This document shows positions 22,201-33,945 of a stretch of DNA of 48,676 bases, one piece after another. A model generated the notes under the pieces. It did not search any database, had not been told where the DNA came from, and saw nothing but the letters and a program-made list of their open reading frames with translations. How positions within the stretch are numbered: position 1 is the stretch's first letter; each line of letters starts with the position of its first letter. A program made the translations under genes and the position numbers. The stretch comes from Polymyxa betae A26-41 (taxonomy: Eukaryota; Protista; Endomyxa: Phytomyxea): NCBI GenBank assembly GCA_003693705.1, contig RBZT01000842.1, forward strand, positions 1 to 48,676, read 5' to 3'.

Positions 22201-22949
22201 CCTTTAACAGCAGGGCCAACTTGAAGTTGCCTTCAATTTAATAAACTCATCCATCAGCAGGTATTCGGCAGTTGTTGTGCGCCTTCGAGTAGTTCATTTC
22301 CTGGAATTGGCAGTTTGCTTTGACAAACTTGAACTCATTATGACCAAATTTGCAATCGTTGATATTAAAAAGAAACAGTAGGGCAATTTCAGAATGCGTA
22401 CAGATACAGTAATGAATTAACGATGCAAACCAGCCATGCATTTATATCTTGGCCAGCCACATCGGATGCTCCAGACGGTCGGTCAGTGACTCAAGCATTA
22501 CCAAACTTGATATTTATATACTATTAGTCACAAATACTGGGAATTAAACTGACTGTTCGCTGTTTATTACAGGCCAGGCGAAAGATATGCGATCTGAAAG
22601 GTTACTCTGTAACCTTCGCCTGGCGGGACGTCAAATGTGTGAAGACTCCAAAACCTGACCGTCTCGACTAGCATTAGGGTTAGGGTTCTCCACGTTAGAT
22701 CCCAACTATTTGTTAGCGCGAGTCGATCTCCGGCTCACGCTCTTGCTCTTATTCCTAGACATTATATGCTATACGCGATCGTGCGTTTTGTAGCAAAATC
22801 GTATACGATAATTTTCAGATAAAGGAGTGAGTTGTATTGATTCACAAAACTTCATCACATAGGTCGTCGTGATTCATGCCTGCTCATCCATGGAGAAGTC
22901 AGCAAGCGCCCGTTGTCGCATCAGAATCTGCAACAAAATGCTTGAAAGC

Positions 22950-23200
22950 AACGTGTATTCTGCAGTCCTCGTGTCGAATGCCATCATCACGACAGCTACA
23001 CGCGCTGTCGATGCTGGATAAAACCGCCAAGCGATGGGCCAGCGTGGCAGCAATGGTGATTAACTTCACCGGGTTCAGAGCAGCAATTAGGCAGGATTAC
23101 CTAAACGACTGATGTCACAGATGAAGCTGATGATTTGAGGCAGAAACATGTTAAAAAATAACGAGAAAACGACGAACCGTGTTGCTGGGTGGGTTGTGCG
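22950..23200 (+). pseudogene. Possible retrotransposon gag fragment
   Basis: LSMLDKTAKRW...FRAAIRQDY followed by LMILRQK resembles the Retrotrans_gag pattern; short and decayed. Confidence 0.3.
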
Positions 23201-23221
23201 CTTTCAAGCTCTTGAAAATTT

Positions 23222-23830
23222 CTACGCAACATCACCTTTGGTACCCCCTAATAAGACTTTATTGAAAGAACGGGCAGCTTGATCCTTTGCGATGATCCGC
23301 TGCCTCAACGCCATTTTCCCGGCATAAATTAAAATTTTGCTGAGTCGAGGTCGATTGTTTTGGGATAGCGTTGACCAATTTCTATAATCAGTTGTCGACG
23401 GCCTTCCCCGTTTTTGAGCTTTGGTTCTTGGCGCTCTCACAACAGCCGTATCGTGAGTGGAACTATGTCCGTTTCGAAGATCGCGGTCGTTGGCGCTAGC
23501 ACATCACAGAACCCTGGTAACGTTTGTTGATAAGCCAGACGATACTCCAGTTCCCAAATATTCTTGACAAAATCGCTATATGCGCGCCACTCCTGACTCA
23601 GTTTTTCAATTATTTTCAATGATTCAGATTCTTGCCGTTCAAACCGAACTGATGAAGTGCTGAAGAAATTGCTGCAGGCTAATTTTTGCAGTGAAATGTT
23701 TGGATGAATGAGCCTTGCACACTTCCTCCAATGTCAGGATTCAGCTTCTGAATGAAGGTCAATGCACTTGAGAGCTGGCGTACCTGTTTTCGCACGACTG
23801 TAGTTGTCGTTGCAGTTTTTCAGCTGACTG
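23222..23830 (-). pseudogene. Possible C-terminal fragment of a MULE-type transposase
   Basis: SWIM-like CNDNYSRAKTGTP segment (~23775-23815) followed downstream by RAPRTKAQKRGRP; no catalytic core seen. Confidence 0.3.
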
Positions 23831-24446
23831 GATGTACTAAATTGCAGAATTCATATCATTGATGAAAGGATCACTGAGATGTCCCTGAGAAGGAACGGCC
23901 TGTTCAGACTGGAGAGCTACGTCAGCATGTCCGTCCGACCTTCTCGACATCTCGCTGCAATTGTTAGCCCTTGATGAGGTCATGCTCACTATCGACACTT
24001 CAGGTAATCAGGCGCTAGTGTCAAGTGAAAATTCAGATTATAGGTCAGTGCAGGATGCATCACCAAGTGTCCTGCAGTTTGTCAGTCAAAAGCTGCCCCG
24101 TTATGCCGACGCCCACGGCACAACCTGTTGGCTGCAGCCAAGTTCCCGGCGCGATCGTCAACCTTAACACTTCCGCCCGATTGGCCGGAGAGTTCTCCCA
24201 ATGATAAAAACTTGCCGGTCTAGCGCAAAAACGCCTTCGTCGGAGCAGCTTGTGTGAATACGTCCTGTAGCAATCGGCACGATCTACGATCAGATTACAA
24301 AGGAACGAAGGTGAAATCCCAATGAATATGTATTTCAATCATAGAGACGTCCGGGACCCAAAGGCCGTCACAGTGTCCGAAGGACTCCGTCTTAGCGCAG
24401 CTTCGTCGTATCTTGAAAACTTGCAAAATATTATTGTATTTTTTTC

Positions 24447-24502
24447 TAATGAAGTAATAAAAAGTACCGTAATAATGAAGTAATAAAAAGTACCGTAATA
24501 AT
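24447..24502 (+). repeat. 26-bp perfect tandem duplication
   Basis: TAATGAAGTAATAAAAAGTACCGTAA twice plus TAAT, exactly where the copia RNase H frame (...DDMTAD) breaks off. Confidence 0.9.
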
Positions 24503-27285
24503 TTGCTATAGTCCGCGGTCATGTCATCAGTTGGACAGTATTCCAACCGTATCGCTCCTTCCAGAATTTTGTCTCTAGTAAAATGATATTGAACCTCAAT
24601 ATGCTTGGAGAGCTTTGATATTCGCTCGTTACTCGCCAAAGCGATTGTAAATTGATTGTCCTAGAAGACAACTGTGACAGCCTTTTGCTCACATTCTAAA
24701 CGCAGCCAAACCGCCTCCCTGGTGGCTGCTCATAATGAAGTGAACTCGGCCACCGCAGTGGAGTGGGCTGCCAGCTGCGCATTCTTGTCGTCGGTTTGCC
24801 CATGAGAGAGGCCCGCCTCCATAGAGTAAGATGAAGCCCGCGACCGGCGCGTTACCATGCAGCAGGCAAAATCGGCGCCGGCGTACCCCATCAGGTTGCT
24901 CTTGCCGCTCCCACCGAACTCGATGCCAACATCGGTAGTCGCCTGTAAGTAGCGGAACAACCGCTTCACAGCTTGGACATGTTGCTGACCAGGATTTCTA
25001 GCACATATTTTTTGAAGTTAGTCCAACACCATGTGCCATGTCTGGTCTCGATCACATCACCTGATACATAAGCGAAAAAACCGCTTGAGGATACGGGTAG
25101 TCCACCGCCGGTTCTCTCAGCCACCTCTAACATTGCCCCAATCGCAACAAGACTCGCGATCGGACGACTATCGGCCATGACAATGCGCTCCATTGATTAT
25201 TCTTGATCGATTTCTTTCTACCTTCAGGACCAGCACGTAGCTCACGTCTCTCAAAGACCGTTTTAAATCATGACCTTGATTCGTCGATCGAGATGCAATA
25301 ACCAGATCGTCTCATATATCGCCACAAAAACAAGGTTACCGCCTTTCGCGCGTATGAGCACGGGTCGTGTCCAGAATTGATGAAATGGATGCGCTTTAGC
25401 TTCGAATCAATCAACTTCCACCAAAGGCGGCCCTCCTGCTTAAGGTCATAGATGCAGACCAGTTCGTATCCGTCCTCATTCTTCTGCTTGAATCCCCCAG
25501 GCTGCTCGAGGTACGTCTCCTCTTCCAGATGCCCATACAAACACCGTTGAGTCCACGTCCAGCTGCTTAATTTCCATATCTTCCTGGGAAGCCACTGGCA
25601 GCATTGCTCGCAATGAAGTCAGAGAGCCAGCCGGCGACGTCGGCTTCGTGTAATCGATTCCGGATCGCGTTGTGACCCGCGCCACATAACTTGCCTTATA
25701 TCGCTGTATGGAATGCCCCCGAAGCGTCCGTTTTTGGCTTTAAAGCACCATTTCCCGCTGATGGCTGTTCTCCCAGCACGGGAACTAAATCCCACGTCTT
25801 GTTTTTCGTGAAAGACGAGAATCTGTCTCGGCAGGTTCTTCAGCCTTCGTCGTTAAGGACTATTCATCCATGAACCTAACTGGTCGCCGCCTTGTCCTCT
25901 TCCCTGCCGCTTCATCAGGTGCAGATCGTTCAACTCTCTCAATCCTCAATTCAGCTGGTCGTCAAACGTTGTTAACAACTTATCGTCATTCGTATTGTCA
26001 CTTATATTCTGTTTCATCCCCTTCTTTAGATCATCCCTAGGTCCATTTCGTTGTTCGTCCGGTCGCAATCGGAACCGGTGTCACATCACTTGACGATCCT
26101 ATCGTAATCTTGCCAATAACCGCTCCCCGAGAGATGAATCGCTGATTAGTGCAGAGGCGCTTAAAGACTCCTGCTTTTGCACCTTCTGAGTATCCTAGAA
26201 AGATGCAGTCTTGAGATTTCTCATCTAGCATTCGTCTCAGAGTATCAGGTACGTGAACTTGTGGTTTGGCCCGACCAGACGAAGCTTAATGAGGTCAGGC
26301 TTCTTCTCCCATAGCATATCGAACGGCTAAGCCATGTCTTGGTTGCTGGCCGTCGGCGTCCTGTTCCTGATATACGCCGCCAGGGTTGCGTCGTACTGCC
26401 AATATTCATGAGGTGTCCGGCGTCGATCAGTAAGCAGAGCGACATCTCCATTTCTCGTTCGATTCAACCTTGCAGCACGTTCACTCTGCTGCGGTGTCCG
26501 TGGTGCCGACCGCTCCCACTTGATCCCGTTCTTTTTCAGGTACTCCTGCCCCTGACTGTTCAATTACTCACCAACACCATCGGTCAACAGTCGCTAGATC
26601 TTCAGCTCGCGTTGACGCTCGAAAGCTGCCTGAAATGCCTTGAGCGCCATCGGCTGCTGCGGCTTTTCCTTTAAGAAGCTCAGGTGAATCCATCCTTTGA
26701 AGGCGTCGAGCTAAGTGACCGTTGATATATTCCCTTGCAGTAATCGAGTCCTCATTTGTCCGCGTAAGTCTCTATGGATGAAATCACATATTTTCCTTGT
26801 TTTTGCTCGTCTCTTTCTTGGGTATCGGTTCTCTTGTCATTTTCGCTTTCATGCATGTTTGACATGACTTGTCAGGAATGCTTTGTTGGTGCTAGCTCTT
26901 GATCGAGGGCAAAATCCTGGATTTGCTCATCATGATGATTGTCTCAAGATTTGTGTGCCCCTAAGCTGGTAAAAGTCGATAATGTCACTTTCTTGCACTT
27001 CTGTTGCGGTCGCCGCTATTACTCGAAATTCACCTCCATATATGCCAGCAGTCAGTGCAACTCGGCCATTCTTCATTAGCCTGCATAGGCCGTTCTCCAT
27101 CACGAGCTTGGCTCCGGACATAGCTGACGAAGCCGCCACGGAACGACGGAGAACAGGTTCTCTTGGAGTCCGGGAACAAAAATTACGTTCGAAAATCTCA
27201 CGTCCGTTGGGATCAGGGCTTTTCCCTTGTGAGGTCAGGGCTTGTCCCTTGTGAGTTGCCTGCAACCGCGTTCCGTCGCCCAAAA
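24503..27285 (-). mobile_element. Ty1/copia pol relic without LTRs
   Basis: Copia domain order on the minus strand: protease end (VLGDGTRL), integrase (GQEY...WERSAPRTPQQ; LDEKSQDCIFLGYS), RT (KQLDVDS, LEEETYLEQPGGF, LKQEGRLW), RNase H (KHIEVQYHF, YCPTDDMTAD). Confidence 0.9.
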
Positions 27286-27410
27286 CAGGCCCTGTGAATT
27301 GGCCTAAAAATGGCTTACGGCTGCCTAATCTCCGTGGGACGCAATTTTCTGCTATCAATGGCTTAAAATGTCCAAATTTTGCCATAATGGCCTTATAGGC
27401 CAAATGCTCA
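27286..27410 (+). mobile_element. Probable left end of a hAT-like element truncating the copia relic
   Basis: Starts CAGGCCCTG exactly where copia protease homology stops; followed by repeated TGGCCTAAAA, TGGCTTAAAA and TGGCCTTATA motifs. No partner end found. Confidence 0.4.
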
Positions 27411-29249
27411 GAGCATATGACAATCATAACCCTAACCCCACTGCTAACCGAATCGAATTTGCATCCTCTCTTGGGTTGCGCCAAGGTCCAATTGAGTTAC
27501 AGTTTTCTTCAAAGTCAACTGGCAGAATCACACACGTTACTACGTAGTAGTGGTGCGCTGCTGGGTAGGTTTTGAAGCATAACACCAACCAGTCTGCTGC
27601 TCATTCTCAGAACGACTGTTACATCACACCTTCTACTCAAAGAAATACTGTAGGCGCTGTGACTCCGATTGTTTTCTTTCTTTGGATTCAATAAAAGTGA
27701 TAAACTTTGACCTTGAAGTTAAAACGATCAGAAAGGCGAATCAAATGCTAATTTGTTTGATGCGGTTGATTATTGCAATGATTTTTGTATTTTTAACCAG
27801 AAAGAAGAGTGCCAATATCAGCACATACTCAATTCTGTGCATAGGCCAAGTACTCCGTAGAATCAGATTCTCTGCGCAATGTCCGCATCAGATGAGATTG
27901 AGACCGCTCAGGTAAATTCAGAGTAGACTTCAATAGTTTAGGAAAACGTGGTGGAAACTGCAACAACTTCGAACAAAGCTTTCCGAACACATCGTTATAT
28001 CGACCATGATGGATACAGATATGTTTTTTCAAGGGCAGCAAAAGGAATCGCATAGGTAGACCTTTTTCGAAAACTCGATTTTTCCCACAGGGTTTGCGGG
28101 TGTGGTTTTACTGGTGATTCTAACTTGAACGATGCACGATACTTTACAAAAATTACTCCCTTCTCTCTCAAAATTTGTCTTGGGGGAGGTAGTGTATGGG
28201 AATTATAAAAATAGATGAATTTCTCCCTGTTATGATTGGACTTGGACACATCCCTGGATCAATGGTGCTGAACAGCAAGGCGCGATCCCTGTGATTCTAA
28301 TTCAACAGTTTATGAATACAGATTTATTTTATCGTTTTTTAAAGATCACACGCTTTTCTGACTCCGCAATTTTCACATCACAGTCGGGCATTTTTATTTT
28401 CCACGTAGAAAAATAAAGTGCGTCTCTATGGTGCATTCTGACTGTGCCCCTTACAAATATAAACCCATAAACTCCGTTGATATTTCGAAATTTTCCAATC
28501 GAGGGCCGTTGTTTTATTCCTTCCGTCGAGATCCATCGAATAACAGCATTAATTTGGTCCAGAACTTAGGCTGTGCCGAGCAGATGCTGATAATCCACTG
28601 CCCATACTAATTTATGACAGTCTAGATGTCCGTGACGGTACTATCGATGTTATTTTATTGGATGCTCCAGCCATCGCTTTAATCTTGGAATGAAAAGAAT
28701 GCTTGTAGCTTATCAAGACATTTTTGAGGATATCCAAGGAATTATGCTGCAGACAACATCTTTGCTCGACAAGTCTATTCCCATTTGACTAATGTAGTTG
28801 AAAATGGTCGGCAGCAGAAGCACGCTATCTATCTGTCTGATAGAGAGAGAGAGAGAGAAGACGCAAAAACGATGAACGTGTGGTGCTTCAATGAGTCAAA
28901 GACACAGAATGTTATGCGGAATGAGACCTTCCGTGTGTACTCGACAATTAGAATAAATATGAAAGATGAAGAGTCAAAGGAGCAATGACATCAAAATGGT
29001 AGACGCTACAAACTAGAGTGTCTTGTCCGCGGACAAGACAATGCGGGATGACCATGTCAGGAGGTCGCTACCAGTCGTGAGCGACCACGGCGTGAAACCG
29101 GTCGCGTACCGCCCAGACCATGACTTTAAGAGACCGCGCCATGCTTTCGGGACACGACAAGACGTCCGATCTCCTACGGAGGGCGCAGCTGGAAGCATTT
29201 TAGACACGCATCAAGCAGCGGCCCCGTGTCATTCTACTTGATAACAATG

Positions 29250-29411
29250 ATAGGAATAACATGAACTTATTCCTCGTCCTCACGCAGGAATAATTCCTCC
29301 CCTACTTTGCGTACCTAGGGATTAATCTCCAATGATCTCTGACAGGAATAGACTTTTCCCACCCGGGAATAAGAATTATTGCTTGAGGGAATTTATATTC
29401 GGCAGCCCCTG
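29250..29411 (+). mobile_element. Probable right end of a hAT-like element
   Basis: Cluster of GGAATA/TATTCC motifs in both orientations ending in CAGCCCCTG (reverse complement CAGGGGCTG). Confidence 0.4.
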
Positions 29412-29723
29412 GCCAGAATTACCATAATTAAGATTCTTATGGCATCCCGCTGAACTTAATTATGGCAAATTTGCAAGATCTCTAATAGCATCCACGCCGC
29501 GCATTTTTATTCTCCGATCTAAGCTATATTAGCAATAGAATAGCAAAAATTTGCCACACCGCGCAGTTCTATTCCATTATCTAAATTTGATCGATGTTAT
29601 CTTGCCCTCTTTCGCGGCTATTTAGCAACAGATCTATTTATGCAAGATCGATCAAAATGATCAATTCATCGGAAATGTGGTGGAAATATAATATCATTTT
29701 TCTGAACTCAACTGAATTTCGTC

Positions 29724-30747
29724 ATGGAACGTAATTTGGGATGGACGCAAATTGAAAATGATTGTCTTGCCAAGGCGTGGCTAGATGTATCCCAGGACTC
29801 AATCACTGGCACTTCCCAGACCCTGTCTGTTTTCTGGGAAAAGTTCTGTTGGTCTTTAACTAGCTTCGAGATGAAGAAGCAAAGGGCAATCTGGAACGAA
29901 AATGGTCAGCCCAGAAAACCAGATGGGATAACATCAAGAGAGATGTCAGCAAATTCTGTGGCCTGTACAGCAAGGTGAAAGCACTGAAAAAGTCTGGATG
30001 GAGTGATGACATGTACCGGAATAAATCTCTAGAGCTATGGAAGCGTCTAGAATACTTAGGGCAAGGCCTTCGATCCTGAAAAACTCCCCGAAGTGGTTCT
30101 CGACATTCCGAATGCTTGCAGTACATCAAAACGCAAAAGCACCCAAAATCTGCTTCCCGCACCCGCACAGAACCATCACCAACTGGGATATCTACGAACA
30201 GCCCAAAGAACGACCCCCTGCGGAAGGCAATAAGTATGCGAAAAATAGGAAGAAATCCCAGCTGGCTGGCGACGGAATGGGAGGTCTCTTTTCACAGCAG
30301 GTGGTTCTGAGTCGTGAGTTCATTGAAGTGACAAAAAAACGAGTTGCCATTATGGAGGACCAGCGCAACATGTCTTTATTTGCAATGCGTCCTGATTCGG
30401 AAGAAACAGCTTCAAACTTATCTCGGCCGAGATTCTTCGGAACTTGCAATCCATGTCTTCATCCACGTCTTCAATTGTGATAGTGCCCCACACCCAAGCC
30501 CACGTCGATCACTGATGAACTCCTGTTGCCTCTCGGCAGTGGGGAAGAACCTTCACCACCTGAGACGCCGGTTGTCGCGGTTGCAGTTAATGAATCAGTC
30601 GAAACTGAGGTCGAAACCGGGCGTGCTCATGAAGACGATCATAATCATTGTTCGTCTCCCACGGTTGCTGCAAGTCCCACGCTCGATCATATGTTCTCAC
30701 CTCTTTCACCATCTACTTTCCTGCAGACCCAGAAATTGATGCTTTGA
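29724..30747 (+). pseudogene. Myb-like (NAM-associated type) accessory ORF of element D
   Basis: WTQIENDCLAKAWLDVSQDSITGTSQ...FW, KSGWSDD and ERPPAEGNKYAK motifs; frameshifted. Confidence 0.85.
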
Positions 30748-30786
30748 TGTCCATTTTATGAAGAAATAAATTGATAGCTCTACAAT

Positions 30787-32058
30787 CTACTCATCACCAT
30801 AATTGTTCCATACATGGTCAATCAATCGTGTCGTGGTCGATAATAAAGCTGGCGATCTTGCATTCTCGCCATGTTGTTAGCCAGCTCTCCCATAAAAATG
30901 TCTTCTCTGTCAACACGAGGTAGGACATCAAATTCTTCTAGACTTTCAAACAAAAATCGTGAGTAGACTGCCGTCGTACCATTCGTCCTCAATGATCATA
31001 TTTTCCAAGATTATACAGGCAGTCAGAACTGTATGCATGGCGTTTCGATCCCAGAGTTTACAAGGAAGAGCTAAGTTTCGAAAACGCTGCTGCAATACAC
31101 CAAAACAGTTCTATATCTTTGCATAGATCTTCTGTAAATCCGCCAGCAGACGTTTCTTCCGTCCGACCGGTTGAGATATCGTTTTCACGAAAACCGGCCA
31201 ATCTGGATAAATGCCATCGGCAAGATATCCCTGACGGTACTCATTGCCATTGATTGTGAAACTGATTGCAGAAGACTCTCCTCGAAGAAGATCATGGAAC
31301 AGAGGTGATCGGTCAAGGACGTTCAGATCATTTTTTGAACCGGCCATCCCAAAAAAGGAGTGCCATACCCTTAAACGGTAGCCACAAACTGCTTCCAGGA
31401 CCACAGTTAGAGCTCCGTTTTTGGCTTGAAATGCTCCTTTCCATGCATATGGACAGTTTTTCCACTTCCAATGCATACAGTCGATAGAACCTAGCATTCC
31501 TGGGAAGCCGCGCCTGGCGTTCTTGTTTAGAATCTGCTTACAATCATCGGTGTTTGGTTTTCGAAGATAGGTTTCATGATAAAGGTCAATTATTGAACCG
31601 CAAAAGCGTTTCAAAGTATGCAGGACTGTAGTCTCGCCCATAAGAATAAGTTCGTCAAGCTGATCGGCTAATGTTCAATAGGCTCGGAACCGCAATGCAC
31701 ATGTGACTTTGTGTTTCGGCGTACACCCTGGGAGCCCTAAAGCATCTACTTTCTGCTGGAAATAGTCATAATTGGCAGAAAGATCATAAAAAATTCTATC
31801 AAAACGATCGCGCTGCATTCTAAAACGAAGGCAGAACTTCTCCAGTGAATAGGTAGAGCGAAAAGCTCAGTATTCACGCTCACGTCGTTCAGCATAGAAA
31901 CCCTTGTCCCTTTCGATGTTGGCATCGCGCTGTTTGCCAGCATTCTTCGAGTATTCATAGTTAGCGTTGAGATTCGCCTGCATTATATTGGTAAAAAAGA
32001 ATTCATCTTCGTCAGTATCGTCCATCTATTGCTGGAACAATTCGTCAGCAGGCGACAT
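30787..32058 (-). pseudogene. PIF-type transposase of element D
   Basis: RGFPGMLGSIDCMHWKWKNCP, LEAV, NDLNVLDRSPLF, YLADGIYP, CFGVLQQRF and LIDHVW motifs. Confidence 0.92.
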
Positions 32059-32468
32059 TGCTAGCAATGTTTGAAGACGCCAATTTATTACGTTACCTAC
32101 AGGATAGAACTGCGGATAGCTACGGTCGCGATTTGAAAATCGTGTTCTATTTTATTACAACCAGTCTATTTCGGCACTATTTGAGAATAGATTCGGTAAA
32201 ATAAAAATGCGCGCCGTGGATGCTCTAAGTTTTGTCACAGTTTAATTAAAAGATCATACTGTTTTGACTGGATAAAGCCTTCAAGGGTCAGATTTGTCTA
32301 GCCTTGCGTTTCAGTTTGAGTTTTTTCCCAATTAAAAATTAAAAACCAGATTCTACCGATGTCCTGTTTGCGAAAGCTGTGGCCAATCCCCATGCGAATG
32401 ATACCAACTACTTGAACTGATCTTGCATGCCACCCCAAGCATCGTTGAAAATCGTGGACTGGTTATGC

Positions 32469-33712
32469 TTAATGATTGCTTTTGTTTAACCACGAGTCTA
32501 ATGAATTGTAACCGGCCAACATTTGCTGATGGTCCTTTTCGATATGGTCGATATCAGATTTAACGATCATTGTTTTTGCTTTAATCAGGTCGCGGACGAA
32601 GCCGATTCTGACGGCCACGTGTTTCGTTCGAGCAGGAGTCTTCTTTCCTGTGACCAATGCGAAGTAACTTTCGTTTTCCGCGTAGATCAATGTCGGTCTT
32701 GTGATGTCGATCAGGCCGATATTGCTCAGAAGTTTTCGAGTCCCCACCAACTCCCTTGCTGCGTCGGCGTTCATTTCATTCTCGGTGGTGGAGAGAGAAG
32801 TAATCAGTTTGGCGATTCTACTTCCAGCTAATCGGGCTGTTGGTCATGTGCACGAACCCGGTCGTTGATCGCGCGTCAGCCTTGCTACATGCGAAGTCGG
32901 CGTCTGCATAACCGATGAGGTCATACTTTTTCGCCTTCCTGAACACAATACCCATGTTAATTGTGCCCTTCAGGTACCTCAGAATGCGTTTCAAGTTAGA
33001 GACAGAGGCGGATGTGGGATCTGAGATGAGTCTCGCCACGTAGCTTACTGCTTGTGGGATGTCTGGTCTTGTGCTGTTTGATAGGTAGATTAAGCTTTCG
33101 ACGGCTTCCCTGTATTGGACAACCGGTGTCCGTGATCTCGATACGGACGTCCAATTGTTGCTCCTTAATCGACGGTGTCTTGACGACGTTAGCGTCCAGC
33201 ATGCGAAGTCGCTCCAGAACTTGTACAAAGTAGGCACTTTGCGTGATATGGACTGCCCCTTCGCTATCCTTGGTGACCTTCCACCGAATATGTGATGGAT
33301 GTAGCCTAAAGTCTTGACACGAAGTTGTTTGAAGATGCGTTCCTCGAAATCCAGAAGCGCCTGCTGAGACCGCGATGAGACGATGATGTCGTCAACGTAG
33401 ATTGCGAGTAGGATTGGGTGCTGTGATGTCCACGATTAACGAAGAGATAATCGTCGAATATAGGTTTGCTGAAGCCAAGATTAGTGAATAGTCTCGTGAC
33501 GTGGCTGTACCATGGTAGTCCTGCTTGCTTTTGGCCATAGATGGCTTTGTTGAGGCGACAGACCACCGGCTCATCCTGACAGCTGTTAGTCTCGAACCAT
33601 TTGGGCTGGGATATGCAGATCTAAGCGTCGAGGCTCTTGTTGAGGTAAGCACTGTCGACGTCAAGCTGTTTAACGAGCCCATCTTGAGTGTGTAGGCTGA
33701 TTAGTGTCCGTT
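32469..33712 (-). pseudogene. Ty1/copia RT-RNase H relic
   Basis: KQLDVDSAYLN, RLNKAIYGQKQAG, YVDD (~33390-33401), YADADFA...RSTTG and RTKHVAVR motifs. Confidence 0.88.
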
Positions 33713-33762
33713 TCGTCGTCAGGCTCCATCGTAGACAGCTGCCGATACTTGATAATGTTATG

Positions 33763-33894
33763 TGTTGGAACAGAACCTGAATCAGTAGAGCGCAGCCTTT
33801 CGTCACCTCCGTGACCGCGCAATAAAACACCTCCCTTGCTCTAGTTCTCATATTCCGAGTCCTCACTCTCTCCCTCTCCCTGATAAAACTAAGA
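33763..33894 (+). repeat. Copia 5' LTR
   Basis: Direct repeat of 43717-43848; runs TGTTGG...AACTAAGA and contains AATAAA. Confidence 0.95.
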
Positions 33895-33945
33895 GATTAA
33901 GAGTCCCATCTAGCTCCCGGCCAACGAGCGTGGCAAGTCAAAAGC

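Larger units (their letters stand above)
29486..32225. mobile_element. PIF/Harbinger element D (2740 bp)
   Basis: TIR (G/T)AGCATCCACG(G/C)CGCGCATTTTTATT at both ends; TAA TSD (29483-29485 and 32226-32228); two convergent genes. Confidence 0.95.

Noticed and set aside
29011-29040. Helitron 3' end
   Set aside because: The hairpin-to-CTAG spacing is only 2 nt, and no Rep/helicase coding or 5' TC end was found; kept only as a palindrome observation.
27286-29411. One hAT element formed by pairing the CAGGCCCTG and CAGCCCCTG ends
   Set aside because: The flanking 8-mers differ (GCCCAAAA and GCCAGAAT), the subterminal motifs differ, and the interrupted copia does not resume after 29411.
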